From an uncultured Solirubrobacterales bacterium (GTDB lineage: Bacteria > Actinomycetota > Thermoleophilia > Solirubrobacterales > 70-9), in the NCBI GenBank assembly GCA_963703335.1, contig OY969812.1, positions 972,495 to 1,036,494 on the forward strand: 64,000 bases of DNA, given 5' to 3'. The notes below the pieces were generated by a model. That model ran no database searches. It was not told the DNA's origin and saw only the letters and a list, made by a program, of their open reading frames with translations. The stretch's first letter is position 1, and every line of letters begins with the position of its first letter. Of this stretch, positions 1 to 9,133 are shown piece by piece. The translations under genes were made by a program, and so were the position numbers.

Positions 1-102
1 GATGCCCTCGGTGATCGCCGAGACAATCGTGCTGAGCAAGAAGAAGACGAACGCCAGGCCGATCGCCACTTCGATCGCCGGCCCGCCGAAATCCAAACCC
101 AT
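1..102 (-). CDS. Hypothetical membrane protein, N-terminal fragment (gene continues past the left edge)
   Basis: ATG at 102 (minus strand) with GGAGG about 5 nt upstream. It translates to MGLDFGGPAIEVAIGLAFVFFLLSTIVSAITEGI (hydrophobic helix) and stays open to position 1. Confidence 0.4.
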   Translation of the reverse strand, partial: MGLDFGGPAIEVAIGLAFVFFLLSTIVSAITEGI

Positions 103-203
103 ACCGCCTCCCCGCGTTCGCGCTTCAAGGATCGAGACCGCTTGAACCTAACGGGGGTTCCTGACTGTTTACAAGGATGAGATTCGTACAGAAGACCCGA
201 CCG

Positions 204-1499
204 TCAGACGGCCATTGGCGCCAACTGCGGGTAGAGCGGGTAGCGCTCCGTCAGGGCGCGAGTGCGTTCACCAAGCGCTTCCTTCTGGGTCTCGAAGTCA
301 TCTGAGAGTGCGCTGGCGATTACGCTCGCGATCTCGGTCATGTCCTCCTCGACCAGCCCACGTGTGGTCAGCGCCGGGGTGCCGATGCGCAGCCCCGAGG
401 GGTTCATCGGCGGCCGCGGGTCGAAGGGAATCGCGTTGCGGTTGACGGTGATTCCAACCGCCTCGAGGCGGCCCTCCGCCGTCTGGCCGTCGAGGCCCGT
501 GGGGGTGAGATCGACGAGAACGAGGTGAACGTCGGTGCCGCCAGTGAGGACGGGCACACCGTTTGCTTCGAGGCCAGCCGCAAACGCCTGGGCGTTGGCG
601 ATCGTCTGCCGCTGACGGGCGCGGAACTGCTCGCCGGCGGCGATGCGCAGGGCGACGGCCTTGGCCGCGATCGTGTGCATCAGCGGCCCCCCCTGCTGCC
701 CGGGGAAGATCGCTTTGTCGATCGCTTTGGCGTGCTCCTCGGTACTGAGGATCATGCCGCTGCGCGGACCGCAGAGAGTCTTGTGGATCGTCGTCGTGAC
801 GACGTCGGCGTGGGGCACCGGGTTGGGGTGCTCGCCGGCGGCGACGAGGCCGGCGAAGTGGGCCATGTCGACCATCAGCTTGGCTCCTACCGAGTCGGCG
901 ATCTGACGGAAGGCGGCGAAATCTAGCTGCCGCGGGTATGCGGACCAGCCGGCGACGATCAGCTTCGGCCGGTGCTCGGACGCCAATCGCTCCACCTCGG
1001 CCATGTCCACACGCAGGTCGTCTTTACTGACGTGGTAGGCAACGATCTCGTAGAGCTTTCCCGAGACGTTCAATTTCATCCCGTGCGTGAGGTGACCGCC
1101 GTGATCAAGCGCCAGCCCCATGATCGTGTCCCCCGGCTCGATCAGGGCCATGTAGGCGGCGTTATTGGCCTGCGCCCCGGCGTGGGCCTGGACGTTGGCG
1201 TGCTCGGCGCCGAACAGACCCTTGGCCCGGTCGATCGCCAATTGCTCGGCGACGTCGACCTCCTCGCAGCCGCCGTAGTAGCGACGACCGGGGTAGCCCT
1301 CGGCGTACTTGTTGGTCAGCACCGAGCCAACCGCATCGAGCACCGCCTGGGGTACAAAGTTCTCCGAGGCGATCATCTCCAGGGTGCCCTGCTGGCGCCG
1401 CAACTCGCCCTCGAGCACGGCCGCGATCTCGGGATCGACCTCGGCGAGCGGGGCGGTTTGGAAGTTCTCGGGCAGCTCGGCCATAGGACGAGCGACCAT
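204..1499 (-). CDS. glyA: Serine hydroxymethyltransferase
   Basis: [29 protein letters not shown] and the [13 protein letters not shown]-lysine motif are present. The ORF track extends to 1703, but the first 68 codons are Arg/Pro-rich shadow sequence. The start is taken at [13 protein letters not shown] (1499); the alternative is 1484. Confidence 0.95.
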   Translation of the reverse strand: MVARPMAELPENFQTAPLAEVDPEIAAVLEGELRRQQGTLEMIASENFVPQAVLDAVGSVLTNKYAEGYPGRRYYGGCEEVDVAEQLAIDRAKGLFGAEHANVQAHAGAQANNAAYMALIEPGDTIMGLALDHGGHLTHGMKLNVSGKLYEIVAYHVSKDDLRVDMAEVERLASEHRPKLIVAGWSAYPRQLDFAAFRQIADSVGAKLMVDMAHFAGLVAAGEHPNPVPHADVVTTTIHKTLCGPRSGMILSTEEHAKAIDKAIFPGQQGGPLMHTIAAKAVALRIAAGEQFRARQRQTIANAQAFAAGLEANGVPVLTGGTDVHLVLVDLTPTGLDGQTAEGRLEAVGITVNRNAIPFDPRPPMNPSGLRIGTPALTTRGLVEEDMTEIASVIASALSDDFETQKEALGERTRALTERYPLYPQLAPMAV

Positions 1500-1534
1500 A
1501 GCAACGACCGCCGATAGCGGAAGCGGGTATAGAT

Positions 1535-2320
1535 GTGCCCGCCATGACCGCCAAGTCGCCCCAGCTCGCCCTCGCACTCTGCCTGCTGGCGACCATTTGC
1601 GCGGCCTCTCCAGCCAGGGCAATTGCACCGGTCGGCGAGAACCCCTGCGAGGGACCCGAGGCCAAAGTCCTGCTCTGCCCCAACCTGCGCATCGGGCCGG
1701 CAACCGACCTCTACGTCCAGTATGCGGGAGGACGGGTGCGGCTGCGCGCCACCAGCGATGTGCGCAGTCGCGGGCTCGGCCCGATGGAGCTGCGCGGCAC
1801 GCGCGACGGCTGGCACACGATGCGCAGCCGGCAACGGATCTACCGCGTCGGCGGCGGCCACATCGACGTGCCGACCGGGGCGACGCTGCACTTCACCAAC
1901 GTAGGCGCCTACTTCGGCGGCGCCTACTGGAAGGTCCACCAGCTGGCCCGCTTCGAGTTGCGTCGCGTGCTCGGGGACGGCAGCCTCGGCCCGGCAGTGC
2001 GATCCAGCCCCAAGCTCAACTACTGCCTGCGCGATCTGGAGCGAACCCGGCCCGGCAAACGCTCGCCGGCCAGTCGCCACTACCCCGGCTGCGACCAGAA
2101 TCCCTACCGCGACCGGGTCACCTTGGGGACCTCGGTCGGCTGGTCGGACATCTACCCCGCCAATTACGACAAGCAGTGGATCGACGTCAGCGGCCTACGG
2201 GGCTGCTTCGAATACATCATGGAGGTCGACCCCAAAGGCCTCCTCTTCGAGTCGAACGAGAGCGACAACAACGAGGGCCACCTCGTCCGCCTCCCCTTCC
2301 GCGGCGACGTCGGCTGCTAA
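1535..2320 (+). CDS. Secreted protein with a lysyl-oxidase-like C-terminal domain
   Basis: Signal peptide [29 protein letters not shown]. The C-terminal half (KLNYCLRD...GCDQNP...[18 protein letters not shown]...[10 protein letters not shown]) resembles the LOX catalytic domain (KASFCLED...CYDTYGADIDCQWIDITDV...ESDYTNN). Confidence 0.5.
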   Translation: MPAMTAKSPQLALALCLLATICAASPARAIAPVGENPCEGPEAKVLLCPNLRIGPATDLYVQYAGGRVRLRATSDVRSRGLGPMELRGTRDGWHTMRSRQRIYRVGGGHIDVPTGATLHFTNVGAYFGGAYWKVHQLARFELRRVLGDGSLGPAVRSSPKLNYCLRDLERTRPGKRSPASRHYPGCDQNPYRDRVTLGTSVGWSDIYPANYDKQWIDVSGLRGCFEYIMEVDPKGLLFESNESDNNEGHLVRLPFRGDVGC

Positions 2321-3114
2321 CCCCCGATCGGCGCCCGCGGGGTCGAACCCCAGAAGACCACGGTGCCGAGCATGCCGATGATGTGGACGAGGATGATGTT
2401 GACCACCATCGACTGCGCTGTCGCCGTGCCCACCCCAACCGGACCGCCGGAGGCCGTGTAGCCGTAGTAGCAGCCGACGACGACGATCGCCGTCGCCATC
2501 ACCAGGCCCTTGGTGAGGCTGAACATCAGGTCGAGCGGATCCTGGTACATCCAGAAGATCAGCAGGTAGCCGCCCGCAGAGACGTCGCCGACCTGCTGGA
2601 CGACGGAGAGGTAGCTGGCGAAGTAGGCGACTCCGATCCCAACCAAGTAGAGGAACGGGATCGCGATCCATGCCCCGAGCAGCCGGGTTGCGGCGAGAAA
2701 GGTAACCGGCTGGATGCCCATTACCTCGAGCGCGTCGATCTCATCGGAGATCCTCATCGCGCCGATCTCGGCGACGATCCCGGTGCCAACCTTGGCCGAG
2801 AGGATGTAGCCGAAGGCGTAGGGCAGGCCCTCGCGCAGGTCGCAGTAGGCCGAGAAGAGTCCCGCCAGCGAGGGGGCCCCGATAGAGCGGTTGAAGTACG
2901 CGCCCTGGAGACCGCACTGCAGGCCGAGGATGAAGACGAAGGCCCAGATCACTAGCGCCGAGCCGAGGATAAGGATGCCGGCCTGGCGCAAGCTCTCGCC
3001 GAAATAGCGAAAGACCCGACCCGAATAGACCAACCCGGCGACGCGCGAGCCGAAGCGCGCTACCTCGCCGAAAGAGTCAAGCCAGCCGCGGGGGACGTCG
3101 AGCCAGCCGATCAT
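2317..3114 (-). CDS. MlaE/YrbE-family ABC transporter permease (YrbEB-like)
   Basis: GAMRISDEIDALEVMGI motif and multiple TM helices. The start is taken at MIGWLDVPRGW (3114), giving an ATGA overlap with the upstream permease stop. Confidence 0.85.
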   Translation of the reverse strand: MIGWLDVPRGWLDSFGEVARFGSRVAGLVYSGRVFRYFGESLRQAGILILGSALVIWAFVFILGLQCGLQGAYFNRSIGAPSLAGLFSAYCDLREGLPYAFGYILSAKVGTGIVAEIGAMRISDEIDALEVMGIQPVTFLAATRLLGAWIAIPFLYLVGIGVAYFASYLSVVQQVGDVSAGGYLLIFWMYQDPLDLMFSLTKGLVMATAIVVVGCYYGYTASGGPVGVGTATAQSMVVNIILVHIIGMLGTVVFWGSTPRAPIGG

Positions 3115-3920
3115 CAGCGAATGCTTTGCAGTTCGGGATTGGTGGCGAGCAGGACCGCGGTGAAGACAAAGTTGAAGAAGAAGACCGCGACCAGTGCGAT
3201 CACCACTGCTTGGTTGACCGCCCGGCCAACCCCCTCGGCGCCACCAGAGGCGGTCATCCCCTTGAACGAGCAGACGACGGCGATGATCGCGCCGAACATC
3301 GTGCACATCAGAACCGAGCCCCAGATGTCGGTAACCGAGGCGTTGGCGAAAAGCGTCGCGAAGAAGCCGCCGAGTGGCTGCTTGTAGAGAAGCTCAGCGG
3401 CGATGCCGGCGGTGAGCCCGAAGACGATCGCGAAGATGTCGAGTAGACCCGTGATCACCATCAGGGCCAGGAAGCGCGGTACAACCAGGTTCTTGACGGG
3501 ATCAACGCCGAGCACCTGCAACGCGTCGAGCTCCTCGCGAATCTTGCGGGCTCCGAGGTCGGCAGTGATCGCGGTGCCGGCGACGCCGGCGACGACGACG
3601 GCGGTCACCAGCGGCCCAATCCAGCGGATCGCCGTCAGCACGAAAAAGCCGCCGAGGCGGTCGAGGGCGCCGAAGAGCGAGAGCACTCCAGCCGCCTGCA
3701 GCCCCGGGGCGCCCAGGCAGAGCGCAAAGGTCGAGATCAAGAGCGGAAACCAGGAGAGCTTGAGCACGAAGAGGAACTGCCAGACCAGCTCCTCTCCGTA
3801 CGGGTAAGGCGGCCGGATCGCCGAGACGATCGTCTTCGCGGTGAGGATCATCATCTCCCCCACCTGCTCGAACGCCGACTTGGCCGGCAGGTATGCCCGG
3901 CTTACGATTTCGCCTGCCAC
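3114..3920 (-). CDS. MlaE/YrbE-family ABC transporter permease (YrbEA-like)
   Basis: GARKIREELDALQVLGVDP motif, a TM-rich sequence, and a paralogous pair with the downstream gene. Confidence 0.85.
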   Translation of the reverse strand: MAGEIVSRAYLPAKSAFEQVGEMMILTAKTIVSAIRPPYPYGEELVWQFLFVLKLSWFPLLISTFALCLGAPGLQAAGVLSLFGALDRLGGFFVLTAIRWIGPLVTAVVVAGVAGTAITADLGARKIREELDALQVLGVDPVKNLVVPRFLALMVITGLLDIFAIVFGLTAGIAAELLYKQPLGGFFATLFANASVTDIWGSVLMCTMFGAIIAVVCSFKGMTASGGAEGVGRAVNQAVVIALVAVFFFNFVFTAVLLATNPELQSIR

Positions 3921-4672
3921 CAGCTCATCGCCCTGCCGAGGGGGCCCCCGCCCGATCGTGGTGGGGTCTCGCTCTTGCGCTCGCCGAGCTCGGCTTCGCG
4001 CCGTGCTCGCTCCTCGCCCATCTGGCGGGCCCGCTGCTCCGCGGCGCGCTGCGCTTCCGAGAGCTGGGCGATCAGGGTGTCGCGCGTCTGCTCGAGCTCC
4101 TCAACGCCAGCGATGTGGGCTTTGGAGAGAGGGGCGGCGGTGGGCATGTCGGGCGGCAGATCGCGCGTATAGGCGGCGAGCTCAACCTCGAGGCGGGCGA
4201 TTTGCCGGCGGAGCTCATGGCGAACCTCAATCGCCTCGCTCTCTCCGCCCAGAACGGGAAGGTCAATCTCGCTTTCCGAAACGCCCTCGCCCATGCTCGC
4301 GCAAGCCGCGGTGACAACGATCAGGTCGCTGGGATCGAGGCCCGCGTCGAGCGCCCGCCGCAGGGCATCGCTGGCGATCTCCTCGAGTTCCGGCGCAGCG
4401 TTGATCCGCTCGTCGACAAAGGTGCCCTGACCCTGGCGACTGATGACCAGTCCGGCCTGCTCGAGCCCGGCGTAGACAGCGCGGACAGTGTTGACGTTGA
4501 CGCCGCCCCACTCGGCCAGTTGGCGAAAGCTCGGCAATCGCTCGCCCGGTGCCAGCCGCCCGGTTGCGATCAGCGCCCGCAACCGCCAGGACAGCTGGAC
4601 GCCGACCGGAAGATCCGCCGAAGGGTCGGTGGAAAAGGGCGTAGCCTCACGCTTGGCAGCTTGCTGTGCCAC
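3902..4672 (-). CDS. GntR-family transcriptional regulator with a coiled-coil C-terminal region
   Basis: N-terminal winged HTH (LPSFRQLAEWGGVNVNTVRAVYAGLEQAGLVISRQGQGTFV). The C-terminus is rich in E/R/A heptad-like sequence. It overlaps the yrbEA start by 19 nt. Confidence 0.75.
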   Translation of the reverse strand: MAQQAAKREATPFSTDPSADLPVGVQLSWRLRALIATGRLAPGERLPSFRQLAEWGGVNVNTVRAVYAGLEQAGLVISRQGQGTFVDERINAAPELEEIASDALRRALDAGLDPSDLIVVTAACASMGEGVSESEIDLPVLGGESEAIEVRHELRRQIARLEVELAAYTRDLPPDMPTAAPLSKAHIAGVEELEQTRDTLIAQLSEAQRAAEQRARQMGEERARREAELGERKSETPPRSGGGPLGRAMSWWQAKS

Positions 4673-4720
4673 TGAAACACACAGTACCGGCGGGCACTGT
4701 CTCAGTCAACTAGAACAGCC

Positions 4721-5353
4721 CTAGAGCTCTGCAAGTCGCTCGGCCAGCTCGGACGTCGGCATCCCGCCCTCGCGCAGAACACTCCACTCGCCGTCCGCGT
4801 CGAAGCCGGTGAGATCGACCACGGTCGATGGGAGTCCAGTCAGGGCTCCGCCGTCGATCGCCACGTCGACGGCAGCGAGAAGCTCGCGAGGAACGTCGGC
4901 GAACAGGGCGGGTGCCGGCTCGCCACTGCGGTTGGCGGAGGTCTGGAAAAGCGGACACATCGCACCCGCCAGCGGTCCCTCGATCAAACGCACGCCAAGT
5001 CGCTCGGAGTCCTCCCGACAGGCAAGCGGATAGCGGCCTTCCGGATTAGCCACCACAAGCGTGACTGGACCGGGGAGCAACGCGCCGGCGGCCGCTCGCG
5101 TGCGCTCCTCGAACCCCTCGACCAGCTCGCGCATCGCCAGGGGCGAGAAGTAGAGAACCGCCGACGGCTTTCCGTCGTCGCGACCCTTGATCTGGTGGAC
5201 TCGCTCAATCGCGTCTGGATTGAGTGGATCGCAGGCAAGGCCGTAGAGGCCATCGGCCGGGAAGAGGGCAACGCCGCCGGCCGCTATGCAGAGCTCGAGG
5301 CCGGTGCGAGCGCGCTCGGCGCCATCCCGGTCGATCGAGACCGTGACCGTCAC
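4721..5353 (-). CDS. tsaC: L-threonylcarbamoyladenylate synthase (YrdC/TsaC/Sua5 domain)
   Basis: FPADGLYGLACDP and IKGRDDGKPSAVL motifs typical of the YrdC domain. 4-nt overlap with the prmC stop. Confidence 0.85.
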   Translation of the reverse strand: MTVTVSIDRDGAERARTGLELCIAAGGVALFPADGLYGLACDPLNPDAIERVHQIKGRDDGKPSAVLYFSPLAMRELVEGFEERTRAAAGALLPGPVTLVVANPEGRYPLACREDSERLGVRLIEGPLAGAMCPLFQTSANRSGEPAPALFADVPRELLAAVDVAIDGGALTGLPSTVVDLTGFDADGEWSVLREGGMPTSELAERLAEL

Positions 5354-6177
5354 CCGTCCGACCCCCGACGGCCGACGACCACACGCCCAATGTCAGCCAG
5401 GTCGGTTCGCGTCTCCAGCGCGCCAAAGCCTGCCAGCGAGAGCATCTCTCCTACTGCCTCAGCCTGTCCCTCGCCAACCTCGAACGCGACCACCCGCGCC
5501 ACCGGGCCCGCCGTCGCCGAGAGCACCTCGCGGAATGCCGCGAGGCCGTCCGGACCGCCAAGCAGCGCCTCGCGCGGCTCCCACTCGGTCACCTCTGGCT
5601 CCAGGCCGCCCCACTCCGCCTCGCTCACGTAGGGAAGATTCGCCACCACGAGGTCGAATTCCCGTTCCCCCGAGGGCCAGGTGGCTTCGACCAGCTCAAC
5701 CCGAGCCGCCAATTCGAGGCGGACGGCGTTTGTGCGCGCCACTTCGAGGGCCGCCGCCGAGGTATCGGTAGCCGTCACTTCGCAGTCGGGCAGCTCGGCG
5801 GCGATCGCCAACGCAACCGCTCCGGAGCCGGTGCCGACATCGAGCACGCTCCGCGGCTGCAGCTCCAGCGCCAGCTCAACCAGGAGCTCAGTCTCGGGAC
5901 GCGGAATTAGGACACGCGGGTCAACCGCGAGCTCGAGGCGCCGGAAACCGCGGCGTCCGAGGATGTAGGCGACGGGCTCGCGACGCAGGCGACGGCGCAC
6001 CAGCTCAGCAAAGCGTCGCGCGGCGGGAGGCGGGATCTCGGCCTCGGGATCCGCCGCCAGTCGCGCCCGATCCCAACCGGTCGCCTCCGCCAGCAGCAGT
6101 TCGGCGTCAAAGCGCCCTTCCTCAATTCCGGCGGCGCGAAGGGCATCGGCCGACGCGGTCAGCGCTTCGCCGGTCAC
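5350..6177 (-). CDS. prmC: Release-factor glutamine N5-methyltransferase
   Basis: SAM motif VLDVGTGSGAVA and the catalytic VVANLPYV (NPPY-type) motif. It lies immediately downstream of prfA with a 4-nt overlap. Confidence 0.9.
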   Translation of the reverse strand: MTGEALTASADALRAAGIEEGRFDAELLLAEATGWDRARLAADPEAEIPPPAARRFAELVRRRLRREPVAYILGRRGFRRLELAVDPRVLIPRPETELLVELALELQPRSVLDVGTGSGAVALAIAAELPDCEVTATDTSAAALEVARTNAVRLELAARVELVEATWPSGEREFDLVVANLPYVSEAEWGGLEPEVTEWEPREALLGGPDGLAAFREVLSATAGPVARVVAFEVGEGQAEAVGEMLSLAGFGALETRTDLADIGRVVVGRRGSDG

Positions 6178-7241
6178 CCGACTGCGGCGGTCTCGAGCCG
6201 TTGGCGCTTCTCCTCCGCCGCAAGCGCCTCGGTGAACTCGGCCAGCTCGCCACCAAGCACGCCATCGAGGTTGTGCGAGGTGTGCTTGATTCGGTGATCG
6301 GTTACTCGGCCCTGGGGAAAGTTGTAGGTACGGACCTTCTCCGAGCGCTCGCCGCTGCCAACCTGAGCCTTGCGCTCGGAGGCAATCTTCGCTTGCTGTT
6401 CGGCAAGCTCGCGCTCGTAGAGACGAGCGCGCAGGACCCGCATCGCGCGCTCCTTGTTCTGCAACTGGGACTTCTCGTCCTGCATCGAGACCGTGATCCC
6501 GCTCGGCTTGTGGGTAATGCGCACCGCCGAGTCGGTGGTGTTGACCGACTGCCCACCCGGACCGGAGGATCGGTAGACGTCGATCTGCAGGTCGTTGGCA
6601 TCGATCTCGACCTCGACCTCCTCCGCCTCCGGCAACACCGCGACGGTTGCCGTGGAGGTGTGGATTCGACCCTGCGACTCGGTCTCGGGCACACGCTGCA
6701 CGCGGTGGGTGCCACCCTCGAACTTGAAGATCGAATACGCCCCCTCGCCCTTGACCGCGAAGGTCACCTCCTTGAAGCCACCGACCTCGGCGCTCGACTG
6801 CGAGAGCGGCTCGGTGGCGAACCCGCGCTCTTCGGCGTAGCGGCTGAGCATTTTGTAGAGGTCGCCGGCAAAGAGGGCCGCCTCGTCGCCGCCGGTGCCG
6901 GCACGAATCTCGACCAGGACGTTCTTGGCGTCGTTGGGGTCGCGCTCGACCATCGCCAGGCGGATCTCCTCTTCCAGCGCCTCGAGACGCTGGGGCGTTT
7001 CCTCAGCCATCTTCAGTAGCTCCGGGTCCTCGCCGTCCTCGGCCAGCAGCTCCAGCGCCCCTTCCAGGTCGTCCTTCAGCTTGCGGTACTCGACCGCCAA
7101 GCCGTGGGCCGGCTGCAACTCCCGGTACTCGCGGCCGACGTCGGCGTAGCGCTCGCGGTCCCCGATCACTTCGGGGTCCGACATCTGCACCTCGAGCTCG
7201 ACGAAGCGCGCCTCGATCTGTTCGACCAGCGAATCGATCAC
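6174..7241 (-). CDS. prfA: Peptide chain release factor 1
   Basis: SGPGGQSVNTTDSAVRITHKPSGI (GGQ motif); PET-like tripeptide region RVQRVPETESQGRIHTS. Confidence 0.97.
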   Translation of the reverse strand: MIDSLVEQIEARFVELEVQMSDPEVIGDRERYADVGREYRELQPAHGLAVEYRKLKDDLEGALELLAEDGEDPELLKMAEETPQRLEALEEEIRLAMVERDPNDAKNVLVEIRAGTGGDEAALFAGDLYKMLSRYAEERGFATEPLSQSSAEVGGFKEVTFAVKGEGAYSIFKFEGGTHRVQRVPETESQGRIHTSTATVAVLPEAEEVEVEIDANDLQIDVYRSSGPGGQSVNTTDSAVRITHKPSGITVSMQDEKSQLQNKERAMRVLRARLYERELAEQQAKIASERKAQVGSGERSEKVRTYNFPQGRVTDHRIKHTSHNLDGVLGGELAEFTEALAAEEKRQRLETAAVG

Positions 7242-7289
7242 GCCTCACAACATAGACGGGCGGCTCTAGCTCGTCATCCGAGGGCTGTA

Positions 7290-7335
7290 CTAGTTGACTA
7301 GCACAGTACTTGCAGATACTGTGCTAGCTAACTAG
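7290..7335. promoter_or_regulatory. Imperfect 19-bp inverted repeat in the prfA / NTF2-like divergent intergenic region
   Basis: CTAGTTGACTAGCACAGTA (7290-7308), an 8-nt spacer, then TACTGTGCTAGCTAACTAG (7317-7335). 17 of 19 positions are complementary. The segment is locally AT-rich for this genome. Confidence 0.3.
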
Positions 7336-7357
7336 CCCAAGCGAAAAGAGCGCTGAA

Positions 7358-7759
7358 ATGAAAACAGACACGCTTGCCGCACCAGCACCGACTCGAATCG
7401 CCTGCCTCTCTCTGGCAAAGCTGCTCAGCGTCGGCAATCTCGAGGGCGCAGCGGGCTGCTTTGCCCGTGATGCCTGCCTGCTCACGCCCGACGCAACTGC
7501 GATCCACGATCGCCAGCACATCCGGCCGGTGCTTGCTCAACTGATCGCCCGCCGTACGCAAATCGAGGTTCAACACAGCAACGTGATCGCCGCCGGCAGT
7601 GTGGCTTTCGCCCGCGAGCGCTGGCTGATCGACGCCAAAGGCGCTGCTGGCACCCGCTTCGAGCAAGTCTGCGACCCGACGCTGGTCTTGCGAGAGCTCG
7701 AAGGCAGCTGGAAGATCGCGATAGCGGCGCTTTGGGGTTGGGCGGGAAAGCCCAGCTAA
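7358..7759 (+). CDS. NTF2-like (SnoaL/DUF4440-type) small protein
   Basis: 133 aa. The size and pattern (CFARDACLLTPDA...HIRPVLAQL...WKIAI) are typical of the NTF2-like fold. The assignment is tentative. Confidence 0.45.
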   Translation: MKTDTLAAPAPTRIACLSLAKLLSVGNLEGAAGCFARDACLLTPDATAIHDRQHIRPVLAQLIARRTQIEVQHSNVIAAGSVAFARERWLIDAKGAAGTRFEQVCDPTLVLRELEGSWKIAIAALWGWAGKPS

Positions 7760-7769
7760 TACCGCGAAC

Positions 7770-8786
7770 TTAGGCGACGATCTCGATCGGCTGCTTGCCC
7801 GCCTCCGCCTCCGGTGACTCGCGAGCGAGCACTGCCTCCAGCGATGCGATCGCCACGGCCAACTGCGCTTCGTCGGGCTCGCGCGTGGTCAGGTTCTGCA
7901 GCATCAGCCCAGGCCACATGAGCGCCCGCACCCAACGCTTGCGGCGATTTTTGCCAGCCCACTTGATCACCTCGTAAGAGAGGCCGGCGATCAGCGGGAT
8001 GCCGATGATGCGCGAAGCGACGAGCCAATACCAAGCCGGCAGGCCGATCGGGGCGAAGACGAAGATCGCCAGGACCATGACGATCAGCAGGAAGCTCGTG
8101 CCGCAGCGCGGATGCAGCCGCGAGTAGAGCTTGGCGCGAGCCGGCGTTAGTTCGTCTTCAGCCTCATAGCAGGAGATTGTCTTGTGCTCAGCGCCGTGGT
8201 ACTCGAATACGCGGCGCAGGTCGCGGAGGCGACTGATCGCCGCGATGTAGGCGATGAAGATCCCCGTCCTCAGCACTCCCTCGACCAGCCAGAAGAGAAA
8301 CGGCGAGCCGAGCTGGTCCTTGATCAAGCTGGTCAGCCCAACCGGGATGACGAAGAAAAGACCGACGGCAAGGAGCATCGAGAAGACGATCGTCATGCCC
8401 CAGACCCAGCCGCCGATCTCCTCCCGCTCGCCCTCCTCGTCCTCCTCAAGCTGCGCATTTGCCGAGATGCCGAGCGCCTTGAAGCCGATCTTCAACGACT
8501 CGCCCAGAGCGACCACTCCGCGCAGCACCGGCAGGCGCCAGAGTCGGTGGCGCTGAGCCCACGGCTTGATCGACTCCGAGCTGATCTCGACCTCGCCGTC
8601 CGGGCGCCGCACCGCCACAGCCCAGACCGTGACGCCCCTCATCATCACGCCCTCCAGCACCGCCTGACCGCCCACGGGCGCGTCGCGCTTGGCGACGAGG
8701 GCGCCGTCGGGCATACGCAGTGGGTCCGCCCCGTTCTTGGACAGGGCAGCGGTCTCAGGTTGCGGCGAGCCCAGCTCTGGGCTCAC
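7770..8786 (-). CDS. DUF1385-family membrane protein
   Basis: VGGQAVLEGVMMRG signature, then AEHKTISCYE and several TM helices. It sits between rpmE and prfA. Confidence 0.8.
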   Translation of the reverse strand: MSPELGSPQPETAALSKNGADPLRMPDGALVAKRDAPVGGQAVLEGVMMRGVTVWAVAVRRPDGEVEISSESIKPWAQRHRLWRLPVLRGVVALGESLKIGFKALGISANAQLEEDEEGEREEIGGWVWGMTIVFSMLLAVGLFFVIPVGLTSLIKDQLGSPFLFWLVEGVLRTGIFIAYIAAISRLRDLRRVFEYHGAEHKTISCYEAEDELTPARAKLYSRLHPRCGTSFLLIVMVLAIFVFAPIGLPAWYWLVASRIIGIPLIAGLSYEVIKWAGKNRRKRWVRALMWPGLMLQNLTTREPDEAQLAVAIASLEAVLARESPEAEAGKQPIEIVA

Positions 8787-8789
8787 GGC

Positions 8790-9005
8790 TTACCTCCCGG
8801 CCTTGGCGTGCTTGGCGGCGCGGCGCTGGAAACGCTCGACGCGGCCGCCGGTATCAACCAGCTTCTGCTTTCCCGTATAGAAGGGGTGGCACTCGGAGCA
8901 GAGCTCGACATGCAGGTCAGACTGCGTCGAGCGCGTGTAAAACTGGTTTCCGCAGGAGCAATGCACGTTCGCCAGCGTGTACTCAGGATGAATTCCGCTT
9001 TTCAC
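8790..9005 (-). CDS. rpmE: 50S ribosomal protein L31
   Basis: (V)[26 protein letters not shown]...[13 protein letters not shown]. The GTG start at 9005 gives the canonical 71 aa. The 103-aa track ORF is an upstream over-extension. Confidence 0.93.
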   Translation of the reverse strand: MKSGIHPEYTLANVHCSCGNQFYTRSTQSDLHVELCSECHPFYTGKQKLVDTGGRVERFQRRAAKHAKAGR

Positions 9006-9133
9006 GCTCTTCAGTCTAGATGACGCGTGCAATCGACCTCGGCGCGCCTGTGATCTTCGATCCGGACTTGGGGATTTGCGATCTGCTGCCGATAGCTCCA
9101 TCAGTGAAAACCGCCAAGTCGACGACCGTCTGG

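Noticed and set aside
1309-2955. A 548-aa plus-strand ORF, and many similar long ORFs (for example 26232..27575, 40479..41339, 51311..52480, 57659..59134 and 61518..63005).
   Set aside because: They are Arg/Pro/Gly/Ala-rich with low-complexity translations. They lie antisense to, or out of frame with, genes that have clear family motifs. These are typical shadow ORFs of a high-GC genome.
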